Origin: Rhizophagus irregularis
Taxonomy: Eukaryota
Assembly: GCF_026210795.1 (NCBI RefSeq)
Contig: NC_089429.1
Coordinates: forward strand, 2,108,001-2,172,000
Direction of reading: 5' to 3'
DNA length: 64,000 nt
Every line of letters starts with the position of its first letter. The stretch's first letter is position 1. Of this stretch, positions 63,280 through 64,000 are shown in pieces. The translations under genes were made by a program, and so were the position numbers. The notes under the pieces are model-generated. The model saw only the letters and a list, made by a program, of their open reading frames with translations. It was not told the DNA's origin and searched no databases.

Positions 63280-64000
63280 TTGTCGGACCATTTTCTGAAT
63301 ACCATTTTCCTGAATATACCTTTTCCTGAATCCAATTTTCTGAATGCCTATTTCCAGAAATTGATCATTTCCTGAAACTCTATTTTACCGAATGCCAATT
63401 TCCCGAATCTCAATTTCTGGAATTATATGAAACATCCAATTTCCCGAATTCTTTTATCCTGAATTATTTTATCCCAAATTCCAATATCATGAACCCTGAT
63501 ATTCTGAATAGACATTTTACTGAATTTAATATTATTTTATATAATTTTACATCATAAATTAGAATTATTAATTTCATAAACTCAACCTTTATTTTATTTA
63601 GTATACTAATCAATAAATTATATATAATGTATATAAATATAATATGTAATAAACTAACTTGTATTAAAACAAATACTTAAAATAAATAATGTAATCCAAA
63701 ATCAATGTATATGGATATTTGTATACAAAAGAAAAAAAATATAAACCAAAGATATTATTGGTCTTGTGAGTTCAGAAAAAAGTATAACTGACTTAGAGGG
63801 TGAGGAACACATATTGATAAGTACTAAAGAACATAGTCATGCACCTAAAGCTAACAGAGTTGATGTAGTCAAAACACTTGATATAATAAAGGAATATTTT
63901 TAATGCTTTCTATTGCAACAAATTGATGTGTGGAAATTTTAACTATACTAGCTAGATAATTATTCATAGTATGTAAAAGTAATAAATTAGTGTAAAATTT
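63280..64000 (+). mobile_element. Left end of a degenerate MULE-like element
   Basis: TTTCCYGAAT subterminal repeats (63290-63525), then a FLYWCH-like relic ...EHILISTKEHSHAPKANRVDVVK. Confidence 0.5.

Overview
Very AT-rich eukaryotic DNA with short GT-AG introns. The gene repertoire (F-box/LRR, BTB-BACK-TLDc, TRP-like channel, MVNAQEW-type LRR) points to an arbuscular mycorrhizal fungus (Glomeromycotina, Rhizophagus-like); this is an inference. About five host genes sit among dense, nested mobile DNA. The centrepiece is a young, structurally complete 12.8-kb Ty3/Gypsy-type LTR retroelement (14472-27295, minus strand; 649-bp LTRs with 2 mismatches, GCGT TSD, PBS, PPT) with an unusual, virus-like organisation. 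Pol is split into separate protease, RT-RNase H and integrase ORFs. RT-RNase H is fused in frame to a thymidylate/deoxynucleoside-monophosphate-kinase-like P-loop domain. Gag joins the protease through an in-frame UGA-CUA readthrough context. There are accessory ORFs, including a second mini capsid-like ORF. A TATAAAAAGGG motif recurs upstream of three internal coding units, suggesting gene-by-gene internal promoters. The element is nested in a hAT MITE, which is itself inside a MULE relic. Also present: a CACTA-like insertion that cuts off the last strand of a TLDc domain, a 2.6-kb RT-less retroposed element with an orphan ORF inside a dead hAT, a LINE relic, and several tandem arrays.
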